From Candidatus Hodarchaeota archaeon (lineage in GTDB: Archaea; Asgardarchaeota; Lokiarchaeia; Sigyniarchaeales; SOKP01): a DNA stretch of 64,000 bases. Shown in pieces: positions 1 through 11,151 of this stretch (position 1 is its first letter; each line of letters begins with the position of its first letter). A program made the translations under genes and the position numbers. The notes beneath the pieces were generated by a model, which was not told the DNA's origin, searched no databases, and saw only the letters and a list, made by a program, of their open reading frames with translations. The stretch is taken from the NCBI GenBank assembly GCA_048886685.1, contig JBHLKM010000002.1:199532-263531 (forward strand). The letters run 5' to 3'.

Positions 1-1
1 G

Positions 2-1123
2 TTTTATAGTAAGGAAAAAATTGCTTGTAAAGAACATGCCGAATTAGCCTTGAAGGCTGCGAGAAAGAGCATTGTCCTTTTAAAAAACAAAAATTCAATA
101 TTACCACTTAATAGAGACAAAATAAAACAAATTGTGATTTTTGGGGAGTTAGCAAACACCCCCAATGTTGGAGATTATGGAAGTAGCCGTGTTTATCCCC
201 CTTATGTAATAACTCCACTTGAAGGCATAAGAGATGTGAGGGGAAATGGCATAAATGTAGTATTCAATGAAGGAAAAGATCTTGAGATGGCTAAAAAATT
301 AGCTACTAACTCCGAAGTCTCTATTATTGTTGCAGGGTATACGCATCTAGATGAAGGAGAGAGATCAGGTACTAAAGAACGTACGGGAGATCGAGCATCT
401 TTAAGATTACATGAAAAAGATGAAAAATTGATATTGGAATTAGCTTCTGTAAACGAGAATTGTATCGTAGTATTAGAGGGAGGTGGACCAATAATCGTTG
501 AACCTTGGAAGAATAAAGTTTCCGCAATCTTGATGGCCTGGTATCCTGGAATGGAAGGTGGAACGGCACTTGCAGAAATATTATTTGGTGATATTAATCC
601 CAGTGCTAAAGTTCCTGCAGTATTCCCAAAATCAGAAGATCAACTTCCCTTCTTTGATGCTACTGTCACTCAAATTGAATATGGATATTATCATGGATAT
701 AAATTGATGGATAAAGAAGGATACGAACCTACTTTCCCTTTTGGATATGGTTTAAGTTATACAACGTTTTCATATGATAATCTTAGAATTGATAAAAACA
801 TAATAAATTCTGATGGTGAAATTCAAGTGAGCGTTGATGTTACTAATACTGGTAATGTGGTTGGTGAGGAAATTGTACAAATGTATGTTGGATATAAAAA
901 TCCATCTTTAGATCGACCTATTAAGGATCTTAAGGGTTTTACTAAAGTTTTACTTAATCCAGGTGAAATGAAAACTATTAATTTGAACTTAAAAGCGAAG
1001 GATCTGGCATACTATGATGTTGATAAGAAGGAATGGATCATAGAACAAATTGAATATACTATATATGTTGGGTCATCATCGCGTAAAGAAGATCTATTGA
1101 CAACAACCTTTACCATTTCCTAA
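2..1123 (+). CDS. GH3 beta-glucosidase, C-terminal part (5' end lies before the window)
   Basis: Frame is open from position 2 (FYSKEKIACKEHAELALKAARKSIVLLKN). GH3 C-domain motifs AWYPGMEGG, NPSAKVP and FPFGYGLSYTTF, then an Fn3-like domain (VTNTG...EIVQMY...LKGF). Confidence 0.92.
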   Translation, partial: FYSKEKIACKEHAELALKAARKSIVLLKNKNSILPLNRDKIKQIVIFGELANTPNVGDYGSSRVYPPYVITPLEGIRDVRGNGINVVFNEGKDLEMAKKLATNSEVSIIVAGYTHLDEGERSGTKERTGDRASLRLHEKDEKLILELASVNENCIVVLEGGGPIIVEPWKNKVSAILMAWYPGMEGGTALAEILFGDINPSAKVPAVFPKSEDQLPFFDATVTQIEYGYYHGYKLMDKEGYEPTFPFGYGLSYTTFSYDNLRIDKNIINSDGEIQVSVDVTNTGNVVGEEIVQMYVGYKNPSLDRPIKDLKGFTKVLLNPGEMKTINLNLKAKDLAYYDVDKKEWIIEQIEYTIYVGSSSRKEDLLTTTFTIS

Positions 1124-1167
1124 TTATTAATTTTTCCAACTAAAAAACTTGAACTTAAAAATGTTGT

Positions 1168-1938
1168 TTGGTGCCTATGACTTATTCTGATAATGATTGG
1201 AAAGATATCATTCCTCATGTCCCTCCTGGATACGATAAGAATCAACATAATGTTGTATTTGATCAGCATTCACATACGATACACAGCGATGGCGTACTTA
1301 CGATTAAACAAAATGTTGAATGGCATATTGCTATGGGTTATAATGCATTAGCTATAACAGATCATAATAATATGCATCATTTAAAAGAAATTGATAAAGT
1401 TAGAGAAGAATATTATGAAAGAGGTATCATAATTTTGAGTGGGATTGAAATAACTACCAATAGAATTCATTTAAATCTACTAGGTGTCTCAAATTGGACA
1501 AACAAGATCTCCTATAGAACATCAGATAAACTTATTATTGAAGCGATAAATAAAGCTCATGATGAAGAGGCTATTGTTGTATGTGATCATATTCCATGGA
1601 GTTTATATGAATTTAAAATGAAACACCATCCCTCTCGTGAGACTTTGTTAGAATGGGGGATAGATTACATTGAAATTATAAATGATGATTCTAAGCCTGA
1701 AAATGTGTATGATTATGAGTCATATGATTTTTGTATTAAACATAATAATAAAATAGGAATGATCACAGGAACAGATATGCATAGGCCAGATGGTTTAGTA
1801 AGTGGAGGAGTACATGGATGGACTCTTTTGAATATCAATGAGTTTACCGAAGAAGGTTTATTGGAAGAATTACGAAAGAAGCAAACCAATGTTATATACT
1901 CTAAAACTCCTTATTTGGATCCTGGGATTCATAAGTAA
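1168..1938 (+). CDS. PHP-domain metal-dependent phosphoesterase
   Basis: HSHTIHSDG, AITDHN, GIEIT, CDH and GTDMH motifs of the PHP family. Confidence 0.85.
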   Translation: MVPMTYSDNDWKDIIPHVPPGYDKNQHNVVFDQHSHTIHSDGVLTIKQNVEWHIAMGYNALAITDHNNMHHLKEIDKVREEYYERGIIILSGIEITTNRIHLNLLGVSNWTNKISYRTSDKLIIEAINKAHDEEAIVVCDHIPWSLYEFKMKHHPSRETLLEWGIDYIEIINDDSKPENVYDYESYDFCIKHNNKIGMITGTDMHRPDGLVSGGVHGWTLLNINEFTEEGLLEELRKKQTNVIYSKTPYLDPGIHK

Positions 1939-1946
1939 AAAATAAA

Positions 1947-3812
1947 TTAAAATTTATAATGTTGATTTTGAATATTTTCATAGATATCCTTTGTCAAAGG
2001 AGTAAATTCTGACTCATCTGGCAAAACAATATATATTGGATCATCAATTTTCTCAAGATCAAAGCCCTCCTTTTTCAATTTTACTTTTTTAAGTTTAAAA
2101 GTCGCCGTAATTGTCAATTCCGATTTTAACCTAAGAAAAATCGGAATCCCATAAAGAGGTAGATTTAGTTTTAAAACATCAGCCAGTTCCTTTAATTTAA
2201 AATCCTCAACTGAAGTATTGGGCACGATTGCGGCCATTCCTGCTCTTCCATCAGTACCGGGTATCTGAACACCATAGACAGTAGAAAATAAAACTTGATC
2301 AAATGTATTAATTATTTTCTCTACTTCAGTGGTAGATATATTATGTCCCTTCCAACGAAATGTATCTCCAAGGCGATCTACAAATTGAGCATGATTATTT
2401 CCAATATCTCTCATTAAATCTCCTGTATTGAACCATTTATCTCCCTTTTTAAAAACATTATGAAATATTTTTGATTCAGTTGCCTTCTTATCCGTATATC
2501 CCCTAAATACAGCTGTACCTGCAATCTCAAATAAAAGTAACCCAGATTCACCAGTTTTAACCCGTTTCATATATCCTTTCTCGTTTCTGACAGGTTTTTC
2601 TTCTTCATACTCGTATTTAACAATTGCATATGAAGTAAGACAATATCCTACAGTACAATCGAAATTTAAGAAATTGGCAAAAGCACCTACGGCTTCGGTT
2701 GCTGAGTAATATTCTCCGATTTTAGGGATATTGAATCGTTTTTTAAAATCCTTCCAAATTTCTGGGCGAAGCCCTGCCCCAATAACTGCTTTTACAGGAT
2801 TATCTGAATCTTCAGGTTTGGGAGGTTGATTCATTAGGTATCGACACACTTCTCCAATATAATTGAAAGCTGTGGCATTATATTTGCGAATATCATCCCA
2901 GAAACGGGTAACACTGAATTTGCGCCCTATAGATAGAGCAGCACCCCCACCAAAAGTTGTTGCACATCCTGCCCCTAGAGAATTAGAATGAAAGAGTGGA
3001 AGTGAAACATACATCGTATCATCAGGTGTTAATTCCAATATTACACCCCCAAATAAATAATAACAAGACACCATAGTAGAATGAGCAAAAATTGTAGCTT
3101 TAGGGAATCCTGTTGTTCCCGAGGTAAATATATAGGTAATAGGATCATTAGTTTTCACGTTTATTGTTGTTAAGGGATTTTCTACAGGAAAATTTTTGAC
3201 TTCTTGGGAAAGCTCAATAAAACCTTTGGGAATAGACATTAAGCTTTGGTCAACCAAAAAATATATCTTTTGAACATGTGAAAGATCAAGCTCTGATTTC
3301 ACTTTGATAAAAGTTTCATAACACTTTTCACCAACTATAATAAATTTTCCAGGAGTAAGCTTTAAACAATGAACTAAGGATAATTCCCGTAGATCAATAT
3401 TGATTAAGGATGTTATTGCTCCAATTTTGCCAATAGCAGTAATAATTATTAAATACTCTGGTCGATTGGTCATCATCAATTCCACGACATCTCCTTTTTT
3501 CAAACCCATTGAGATAAAATAATGGGCATAGCGGTTAACCCATTCATTAAACTCTTTATAAGTTAATGTGATATCCTCAAATTTTATAGCAATATTATCA
3601 GCATATATTTCTGCATTAGTTTCGACAAGTGTTCCCCATGAGATTTTATTTTCAGCGATTTTCACTGCAACTTCTTGAAATTTCTTTCCATATTTTCTGA
3701 AAAATACTGCACTTCTCTTTCTAAACTCATCATTAGGTATTAGATCTGGTTCGTTCAACTCTGGTTTTTCTAGCATATTAACCATATCTTTCTTTTTGAT
3801 TTTTTTTTGCAA
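1947..3812 (-). CDS. Long-chain acyl-CoA synthetase (FATP/VLACS type)
   Basis: YIFTSGTTGFPK AMP-binding motif, YIGEVCRYL, WFNTGDL, DRLGDTFRWKGHNIST. The true start may be the ATG at 3785 or 3776. Confidence 0.9.
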   Translation of the reverse strand: MQKKIKKKDMVNMLEKPELNEPDLIPNDEFRKRSAVFFRKYGKKFQEVAVKIAENKISWGTLVETNAEIYADNIAIKFEDITLTYKEFNEWVNRYAHYFISMGLKKGDVVELMMTNRPEYLIIITAIGKIGAITSLINIDLRELSLVHCLKLTPGKFIIVGEKCYETFIKVKSELDLSHVQKIYFLVDQSLMSIPKGFIELSQEVKNFPVENPLTTINVKTNDPITYIFTSGTTGFPKATIFAHSTMVSCYYLFGGVILELTPDDTMYVSLPLFHSNSLGAGCATTFGGGAALSIGRKFSVTRFWDDIRKYNATAFNYIGEVCRYLMNQPPKPEDSDNPVKAVIGAGLRPEIWKDFKKRFNIPKIGEYYSATEAVGAFANFLNFDCTVGYCLTSYAIVKYEYEEEKPVRNEKGYMKRVKTGESGLLLFEIAGTAVFRGYTDKKATESKIFHNVFKKGDKWFNTGDLMRDIGNNHAQFVDRLGDTFRWKGHNISTTEVEKIINTFDQVLFSTVYGVQIPGTDGRAGMAAIVPNTSVEDFKLKELADVLKLNLPLYGIPIFLRLKSELTITATFKLKKVKLKKEGFDLEKIDDPIYIVLPDESEFTPLTKDIYENIQNQHYKF

Positions 3813-4109
3813 TTAGAATCATTTTTTATCAAAAGAAATTCTGCGGAGTTTGGTTTTCAATAGTACTAATATAAGAACTAGATCTATTTATATATTTTGA
3901 GCTTTTAATATCATACTATTTAAAATACCTATTTTAGATGGTTTTACTATCAAAAGAACTAAAAATTAATAACTAATAAAAAATCTCTTATAAATTCCTT
4001 TAACGAATTAAGAATTCAGACTGTTTCTGCTTAAAATATAACGTGAACATTTAATTATTACATTTATGTTAGAAGGATTAAATAAATTGAAATTTAAAAG
4101 AAAGATGAT

Positions 4110-4655
4110 GTGAACATGAGTCTTGTATGTACCAATTGTGGAAGAAAAATAGAGACCGTACCTTTACAATGTGGACAAAGCATTACAATTAATAATGAGA
4201 CTAACAAATGGGAATGTGATATGGGAAGATGCGGAATAATTTCGTTTGATAAATTTCTTTGTGAGAATTGTTGTATCAATAGTAGTATAATGGAAGTCTT
4301 TTACGGATTTGAGCGCCTATCGGAAGAAAATTTAGAATTTCGTGAAGAATTGGATGCTTTAAAATTAAATGTTGTGCAAACAACATTAGGTGATCCAGAT
4401 TTTAAGTATTGGGTTAAATTTGGCAATGGTGAGTTTAAATGTGGCAAAGGAGAAATAGAGGGTGCAACAATCAATGTCAATTGTTCTAATAAAGTTATGA
4501 GCGATATTCTAGCAGGAAATAAATTTGTGTTTCGCGAATTTTTAGAGGGTAATCTCAAAATTGAAGGAGATCTTCAATATGCTGTTGTGTATTTTGATTT
4601 ACTGGGACTAGCTGCAGAAATTAATAATGAAGAGGTGGTATTATACAATGAATAA
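4110..4655 (+). CDS. Cys-rich (zinc-binding) N-terminal domain fused to an SCP2 sterol/lipid-transfer domain
   Basis: N-terminal CTNC..C..C..C..CENCC. C-terminal ATINV...DILAG..FVFREFLEGNLKIEGD resembles the SCP2 signature. Confidence 0.7.
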   Translation: MNMSLVCTNCGRKIETVPLQCGQSITINNETNKWECDMGRCGIISFDKFLCENCCINSSIMEVFYGFERLSEENLEFREELDALKLNVVQTTLGDPDFKYWVKFGNGEFKCGKGEIEGATINVNCSNKVMSDILAGNKFVFREFLEGNLKIEGDLQYAVVYFDLLGLAAEINNEEVVLYNE

Positions 4656-5400
4656 AACATTTATTTGGGGTCATAGGGGGGCTGGTTTCAATGGAGTGCA
4701 AAACAGTCTAACTTCATTCAAAAGAGCCATTGAGATGGGTGTTGATGGCTTCAAGACAGAAACACAATTATCCAAAGACCGCGAAATCTTTTTAACATTC
4801 CAACAAAAGTTGAAAATAAATGGCGAGGAAATACCTATCTATGAATTAAATAGTAATGAAATTAAAACGTTCAAATTAGATAATAATGAGCCAATCCTGA
4901 CACTTCCTGAATTGTTTAATGAATTTAAAAATTATAATCTCCGATATAATTTCGATATAAGAGCTCCCGATGTAGGAATAAGAGTGATAGAGATTGCTAA
5001 AGAGTTTAATTTACTCGATAAAATTGAGATCGCTAAAACATCAATCGATCCTTTTCCCTTGCCTGATATATTTTCTAAAATTAGAAATTTCGATAAAAAT
5101 GTAATGCTGATTAATACAATATTTCTAAAACATTCAGATATCAGAGAAGAGCATTTAGAATTAGAAAACATGAGAGAATTAAATATTCAAGGGGTTAATG
5201 TGAACTTCAACGTAGCAACCTTCGAACTATTCAAAATGGTTAAAGATCTTGGTTTTAAATTTTGTGTGTGGGGCTTACTCTTTAACAGATCCATTCAAAA
5301 ATTCTTAAGCATGAATTATAAAGGGCAATACATAGATGCAATGATGTCAAATTTTCCTGATAGACTCGTAAAACTAAGAAAAGAAATTCAAAATAACTAA
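4648..5400 (+). CDS. Glycerophosphodiester phosphodiesterase (GDPD)
   Basis: WGHRGA, NSLTSF..A..G.DG and SNFPD motifs. The ATG at 4648 follows an SD-like GAGGTGG and overlaps the upstream gene end. Confidence 0.85.
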   Translation: MNKTFIWGHRGAGFNGVQNSLTSFKRAIEMGVDGFKTETQLSKDREIFLTFQQKLKINGEEIPIYELNSNEIKTFKLDNNEPILTLPELFNEFKNYNLRYNFDIRAPDVGIRVIEIAKEFNLLDKIEIAKTSIDPFPLPDIFSKIRNFDKNVMLINTIFLKHSDIREEHLELENMRELNIQGVNVNFNVATFELFKMVKDLGFKFCVWGLLFNRSIQKFLSMNYKGQYIDAMMSNFPDRLVKLRKEIQNN

Positions 5401-5413
5401 AAAAATATTTTTT

Positions 5414-5917
5414 TTATAGAAATTTCTCCATAAACACTTCATTTTCATACACACCATTAATTAACACCTGATGCTCTAGTTCTCCTTTAAGAATAAAGCC
5501 TAAATTCTGATAAAATTTTATTGCCCGTTCATTTCCTTTTCGCACATAAATAACAATTTTATAATACCCATTAGCTTTGGCAATCTCAAATGTATGATTA
5601 GCTAAAATATAACTAATCCCTTTTCCTCTCCATTCTGGAAAAATAAAAGTCCCTATTGTACATACATGTTTGAAAGAATCAATGGCTTTAGACCAAAGAT
5701 CCAAACTCAGAAACCCAATGATCTTGTCATTAATTTCTGCTATAAAAATTCCTTCTCTTTCTGATAAAGAGGAGATATATTCACGTTCTTGTTGGGGAGT
5801 AAAGGGTGTGCTTACTGCTGAGTAAATTCTCTCGGCACATACAACCTCCCATATTTGGGATATACCTTCTGCATCATCCTGTGTGGCTTTCCGGATTTTT
5901 ACATCCAATAATTCCAC
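5414..5917 (-). CDS. GNAT family N-acetyltransferase
   Basis: PEWRGKGI acetyl-CoA loop and NERAIKFYQNLGF. Confidence 0.88.
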   Translation of the reverse strand: MELLDVKIRKATQDDAEGISQIWEVVCAERIYSAVSTPFTPQQEREYISSLSEREGIFIAEINDKIIGFLSLDLWSKAIDSFKHVCTIGTFIFPEWRGKGISYILANHTFEIAKANGYYKIVIYVRKGNERAIKFYQNLGFILKGELEHQVLINGVYENEVFMEKFL

Positions 5918-6010
5918 CTATATTTTTGAGATTAGATTACTAAAAATAAGACCTAATGGAAATCAATAATTGAAATTATATAAAAATAAAAAGAAATTTC
6001 AAAAAAAAAT

Positions 6011-8023
6011 TTAATCTTCATCCCAGTCGACATCAACGACTTTCTTTTTCTTTTCTTCTTCTTCTTTGTCAGATTTATAGGTAGCTCCGCCAGCACCTGT
6101 TTCACCTGCTCCTCCTGGAGGAGTTCCCCCCATTCCACCTGTAGGTGCCCCCCCCATACCACTAGCTGCTCGTTGGGCCTGTTCAGCCGCTTGTTGATAA
6201 ACTTGGTCTTGTTCTTGTGTTTGATATATTCTTTTTGAAAAGGAGTACATGGATTTTTGGAGATTTTCAATACCCATTTTAATTCGATTGGTATCATCAG
6301 ACTTGATATCCTCTTCTAATGATGCTATGGCCGCTTCAATTTCACTCTTCTCGTTTTCTTGAATCTTATCTTTATTATCTTCCATTAACTTTCTTGTTTG
6401 ATAAATCATGGAGTCAGCTGTGTTTTTTGCTTCTACTAGTTCTCTTACTTTCTTATCTTCTTCTTCAAATTGTGAAGCAGTTCTAACCTTTTCTTCAATC
6501 TCTTCAGGAGTTAAACCTTGGGCGCCAGTGACCGTTATACCTGTTTCTTTTCCTGTACCAAGATCTTTAGCAGTAACATGAACAATTCCATCAGCGTCAA
6601 TAGAAAACTTAACCTCTATTTGTGGTATACCTCTTGGAGCAGGAGGAATACCTGTCAGATGAAACATACCTAAAGAGATATTATCTTTTGCCATAGCTCG
6701 TTCTCCTTGGAGTACATTTATAGTCACTGCTGGTTGATTGTCTGCTGCCGTACTGAAAACCTGGCTTTTCTCTGTTGGGATTGTAGTATTCCTTTCTATT
6801 AGTTTTGTAAAAACCGCACCAAGAGTTTCAACTCCTAATGAAAGTGGAGTAACATCCAATAAGAGAAGGTCTTCTACATCCCCTGCAATAATTCCCCCTT
6901 GTATAGAAGCACCTATTGCGACACATTCCATAGGATCAACTGAATGTTCTGGCTCTCTTCCAAAGTACTTCTTAAATCTGTCTTGAACTGAAGGCATTCG
7001 AGTAGGTCCCCCTACTAGAATAATCTTATCTACTTCATTTACTGATAATTTTGCATCAGAAACGGCTCTTCTCATGATTGGATCCAACCTTCTAAGGGTA
7101 GGTTCAATTAGTGATTCTAATTTTGCTCTAGTGAGTTCCATCGTTAAATGTACAGGATTGCCTTCTTTTTGCGAAATATATGGTAAATTTATAGAAGTTG
7201 ATAAAGTTGTAGACAATTCTATTTTTGCCTTTTCAGCAGCATCTTTAATTCGTATCCAAGCTTTGCTATCACCTTTTAAATCAATCCCTTCTTTCTTCTG
7301 AAACTCTTCAGTTACCCAATCGATAATCGCGTTATCCATATCAGTACCACCCAATTGTGTATCGCCTGCGGTTGACATAACCTCAACAACACCCTCACCA
7401 TATTCCATAAGTGTTATATCAAAAGTCCCACCACCCAAATCGAGTACACAGATTTTCATTAGTTTATTTTTTGTATCTTTGTCTAAACCATAAGCCAAAC
7501 ATGCTGCTGTTGGTTCATTAATCATCCGGACAACTTCTAATCCTGCAATTTCACCAGCATTTTTAGTAGCAGTTCGTTGTGCGTCATTAAAATAAGCGGG
7601 AACAGTAATGACTGCCTTTTTAACTTCTTCTCCCAAATATGCTGATGCATCAGTTTTAATTTTTTTGAGAATCATTGCTGAAATTTCTTCAGGTGAGAAT
7701 TCTTGAGTCTTATCACCTACCTTTAATTTTGCTTTATAGGAAGTGCCCATCTTTCTCTTAATAGCTGTTACAGTTCCCTCGGGGTTAGAAACAGCCTGTC
7801 TTCGAGCGGGTTCTCCCACTATTTTGCGTCCATTCTCATCAAATGCAACATATGAAGGAAAGGCTTTACCACCTAAAGTTCGCCCTTCAGCCGCAGGGAT
7901 TATTTCAGGTTGACCAGTAGCGCTTAAAATTGCACATGCGCTATTGCTAGTCCCGAGATCTATTCCTACAATTTTTTCTTTTCTTGTTGTCTTTTTAGGT
8001 TCTTCTTTTTTTTCTTCACTCAT
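6011..8023 (-). CDS. dnaK: Molecular chaperone DnaK (Hsp70)
   Basis: [36 protein letters not shown]. Lacks the N-terminal insert of Gram-negative DnaK. Confidence 0.98.
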   Translation of the reverse strand: MSEEKKEEPKKTTRKEKIVGIDLGTSNSACAILSATGQPEIIPAAEGRTLGGKAFPSYVAFDENGRKIVGEPARRQAVSNPEGTVTAIKRKMGTSYKAKLKVGDKTQEFSPEEISAMILKKIKTDASAYLGEEVKKAVITVPAYFNDAQRTATKNAGEIAGLEVVRMINEPTAACLAYGLDKDTKNKLMKICVLDLGGGTFDITLMEYGEGVVEVMSTAGDTQLGGTDMDNAIIDWVTEEFQKKEGIDLKGDSKAWIRIKDAAEKAKIELSTTLSTSINLPYISQKEGNPVHLTMELTRAKLESLIEPTLRRLDPIMRRAVSDAKLSVNEVDKIILVGGPTRMPSVQDRFKKYFGREPEHSVDPMECVAIGASIQGGIIAGDVEDLLLLDVTPLSLGVETLGAVFTKLIERNTTIPTEKSQVFSTAADNQPAVTINVLQGERAMAKDNISLGMFHLTGIPPAPRGIPQIEVKFSIDADGIVHVTAKDLGTGKETGITVTGAQGLTPEEIEEKVRTASQFEEEDKKVRELVEAKNTADSMIYQTRKLMEDNKDKIQENEKSEIEAAIASLEEDIKSDDTNRIKMGIENLQKSMYSFSKRIYQTQEQDQVYQQAAEQAQRAASGMGGAPTGGMGGTPPGGAGETGAGGATYKSDKEEEEKKKKVVDVDWDED

Positions 8024-8106
8024 ACTTCAAACATCTCTTATTCTTAGAATTATGAGTATTACTAAATTTCAAAGGTTTTCGAATATTTAATAATTTAATG
8101 TTTATA

Positions 8107-8132
8107 AATTTGCAATTCTACTATTGCTAATT
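8107..8132. promoter_or_regulatory. Imperfect inverted repeat in the divergent dnaK/grpE promoter (candidate operator)
   Basis: AATTTGCAAT-tctact-ATTGCTAATT (9/10 complementary), abutting a TATA-like TTTATAAA at 8101-8108. Confidence 0.3.
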
Positions 8133-8246
8133 AAATATTAATTAAAATTGAGTTAAAAATTTTATTTATAAAGATCTCAATATCATAAAAAATAAAAAAT
8201 AAAATCAATTTTTAATCATATATTCATATTTCATTATTTAAAGGAA

Positions 8247-9083
8247 TTGAATATGACTGAAAATAGCAACAACGATACAAAAGAAACATCATCTGAAGAA
8301 ATGAAAAATATCTCTGAAAACGAAGATATACAAAGTAATTCTGATTCAAAAAGTGAAGTAAAACCTGAAGAGGTTAAACAACTTGAAGAAAAGGAACATT
8401 ATGAATTAGATTACTTTTCTAAAGAAGAAACTCTAGAAAAGGTTAAAAATTTAGAGAAGCAACTCACAGAAATTAAGGATAAAGCTCAAAAACTACAGAA
8501 AGAAAATAATGATTCTAAAAATAAATACATGCATTTACAAGCTGAATTTGAAAACGCTCAGAAGCGTTGGAATAAGTCTCGGGAGGATTTAAGAACTCAA
8601 TATACTGCCTCAGTCTTGAAGAGTTTCTTACCATTATATGACTCGTTTAAGAAAGCTGTTAGTAGCGCAAATGAAACTGAAAAAAATGTACTTAATGGAT
8701 TTTATGGTCAATTTATGAATATTTTCAAATCTTATGGAGCCGAACCCATTGAGGTTAAAATCAATGATGCTTTTGATTATAGCCTACATGAAGCATTAAC
8801 CTCAGTTGAAAAAGAAGATTTACCAGAGAATAGTGTTGTTGAAATCATTCAAGATGGATTTAAATATGGAAAGGAAGTTATACGTTATACTAAAGTTGTC
8901 ATCTCACGAAAACCTAAACCACCACCCAAACCAGAACCTCAAGAAGAAGCGGTAGAAGAAGTAGAAGCTGAAGAATCTGATTCAGAAGACCTTGAAATAG
9001 AAGAGGAATCTAAAGAAAAAAAAATTAAAGAGAAAAAATCAAAGAAGTCTAAAAAAGATAAGGAAAACGAAAAAACAGCTTAA
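8247..9083 (+). CDS. grpE: Nucleotide exchange factor GrpE
   Basis: LQAEFENAQKR, FLPLYDSF, FDYSLHEA, QDGF...VIRYTKVVIS. Acidic/basic low-complexity tail. Confidence 0.93.
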   Translation: MNMTENSNNDTKETSSEEMKNISENEDIQSNSDSKSEVKPEEVKQLEEKEHYELDYFSKEETLEKVKNLEKQLTEIKDKAQKLQKENNDSKNKYMHLQAEFENAQKRWNKSREDLRTQYTASVLKSFLPLYDSFKKAVSSANETEKNVLNGFYGQFMNIFKSYGAEPIEVKINDAFDYSLHEALTSVEKEDLPENSVVEIIQDGFKYGKEVIRYTKVVISRKPKPPPKPEPQEEAVEEVEAEESDSEDLEIEEESKEKKIKEKKSKKSKKDKENEKTA

Positions 9084-9243
9084 GCCATAATTGCCCTTAG
9101 TATTACAACTTTTTTTGAATTAAACCTAAAAGATTATTAATTTGATTTTTCTATAATACATAGATCCCAATTTAATAAATAATTGGGTGAATTTAACTAT
9201 AACAAATTTTAATAATTATAGGTGAAATAAAATAGGATTAAGA

Positions 9244-10944
9244 TTGGCTTCAGGAATGGCTATAACTGCCTTATTTGCACTTCTTTACGCAGTTGTTTTT
9301 GTTATCGGTGTCTGGTTCTTGCCATCTAACTTATTTGGCTTAGGATTAATGGTTGGTTTTACAATTCTAATCGTTTTGCTTCAATATGGAATTTCACCGT
9401 ATATAATTCAGTGGATTTATAGAATCGATTGGATTCCTTATGAAGAATTTTCTGCACGCTTTCCTCATATGGCAGATTCTCTTGATAGAGTAGTAGCATA
9501 TAACAATATAAAGATGCCTCGACTTGGGATAATTCATGATCTAAACCCAAATGCTTTTACTTTCGGTCATACAAAAAATAATGCAAGAGTTGTGATTACT
9601 GACGGAATATTAGAATATTTGAATAAAAAAGAGCAAAATGCAGTATTTTCACATGAATTAGGTCATGTAGTACACTCAGATTTCATCATAATGACGATTG
9701 TTTTTGCTATACCATTAATATTATTGACGATTGCTAGATGGGCTTATTACACAAGTGTTATTTCAGGAAGAAGACGTTCAAGTGATGACGAAGCTAACGC
9801 TATATATCTTCTATTACTTGCAGTCGCAGTGTTATCCTACCTTAGTTACTATTTAGGATATTTAATATCACTAATTGTAAGTAGGATTCGTGAATATTAT
9901 GCTGATCAACATAGTGCAGAAGTGTTAGAAGATCCGAATGCTTTATCAACAGGTCTAGTTAAAATTGCTTATGGATTACTAGTTGACAGAGATATTAACA
10001 TGGATGTTAAAGATAGAAATAAATCAAGAGTTCGAGCTCTTAGGGGATTAGGAATTTTTGATCCAAGTACAGCAAAAGGTTTAGGTATTATAAGTGTAAG
10101 CACCACAGGAGTGCTATCTATGGATGCGATTCAACTAGCGGCAGCATGGGATTTATATAACCCTTGGGCTAAATACTTCCAAATTTTCTCTACACATCCA
10201 TTACCCGCAAGAAGAATCCAACGTTTAAATGAACAGTGCGAATTTTACGGTAAAAAACCTGAGATTGATTTCTCTCAGGCAAAAGAATTAAAGGAACAAC
10301 AGGCAGGAAAAACATTGTGGGATCAATTTCTCTTTGATATATTTATGAAGGCATTTCCTACTTTGATCTTTCTTGCTCTACTCGGAGTAACAATTGCATG
10401 GCTCTTTAGCCTCGCTGAAATTATTACCATACCCTGGTTAGATGCGAAAATTATTTTATTTATGTGGGCTGTAGGATTCTATATTATTGGCTTCGGTTCA
10501 ATAATCAAAACAAACTTTATGTATAAGAGTGGTTTTGAAGCGAAAAGAGTAGTTGACCTTGTAACGAATGTGAAAGCAAGTCCAATGAGAGCAGTCCCTG
10601 CAATTATGGAGGGAAAGATTGTTGGAAGAGGTATCCCAGGATATTACTTTAGCGAAGATATGTATTTTCAGGATGAGACTGGCTTGATGTATGTTGATTA
10701 TCGGTTTGGCATTGGTCTTGTAGATTTGATCTTCTCCCTTAGAACCGTCAAAAGAATTGTAGGACAACGAGTTAGAATCAAAGGATGGTATAGAAGAGGA
10801 CCATCACCATATATTCAAGTAGATACTATTGAAACAGAACTCGGACGTCGACATAGAAATTATGCGAAGCATTTACGTTATTTCTGGGCAGTTTTGGCAT
10901 TTATAATAGGTCTAGTTTGCCTTTACTATTGGTTCATAATATAA
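9244..10944 (+). CDS. HtpX-like M48 membrane zinc metalloprotease with C-terminal extension
   Basis: PNAFTFG, HELGH, SRIREYYAD and FSTHP motifs, with multiple TM segments. Confidence 0.88.
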   Translation: MASGMAITALFALLYAVVFVIGVWFLPSNLFGLGLMVGFTILIVLLQYGISPYIIQWIYRIDWIPYEEFSARFPHMADSLDRVVAYNNIKMPRLGIIHDLNPNAFTFGHTKNNARVVITDGILEYLNKKEQNAVFSHELGHVVHSDFIIMTIVFAIPLILLTIARWAYYTSVISGRRRSSDDEANAIYLLLLAVAVLSYLSYYLGYLISLIVSRIREYYADQHSAEVLEDPNALSTGLVKIAYGLLVDRDINMDVKDRNKSRVRALRGLGIFDPSTAKGLGIISVSTTGVLSMDAIQLAAAWDLYNPWAKYFQIFSTHPLPARRIQRLNEQCEFYGKKPEIDFSQAKELKEQQAGKTLWDQFLFDIFMKAFPTLIFLALLGVTIAWLFSLAEIITIPWLDAKIILFMWAVGFYIIGFGSIIKTNFMYKSGFEAKRVVDLVTNVKASPMRAVPAIMEGKIVGRGIPGYYFSEDMYFQDETGLMYVDYRFGIGLVDLIFSLRTVKRIVGQRVRIKGWYRRGPSPYIQVDTIETELGRRHRNYAKHLRYFWAVLAFIIGLVCLYYWFII

Positions 10945-11151
10945 AATCATTCATTTTTTTCATTATTTTATATATCTATTTTTTTTGAGTAATTCTAATT
11001 TCCTTAAAAATAGATTTTAAAAGCCTGAAGGATTGTTTTTACTTATTTTTAGGTTTTAATATAAAAACTATTTCAAAAATATTACCACCTCAATGAATAA
11101 TATTTAAATATAGTCCTTCTAATATTGTAAAACTAGAGGTGATGAAATTAA

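Noticed and set aside
8107-8180. CIRCE or HAIR heat-shock operator
   Set aside because: Only partial half-site similarity (TGCTAA, TTGAG/CTCAA) with the wrong spacing.
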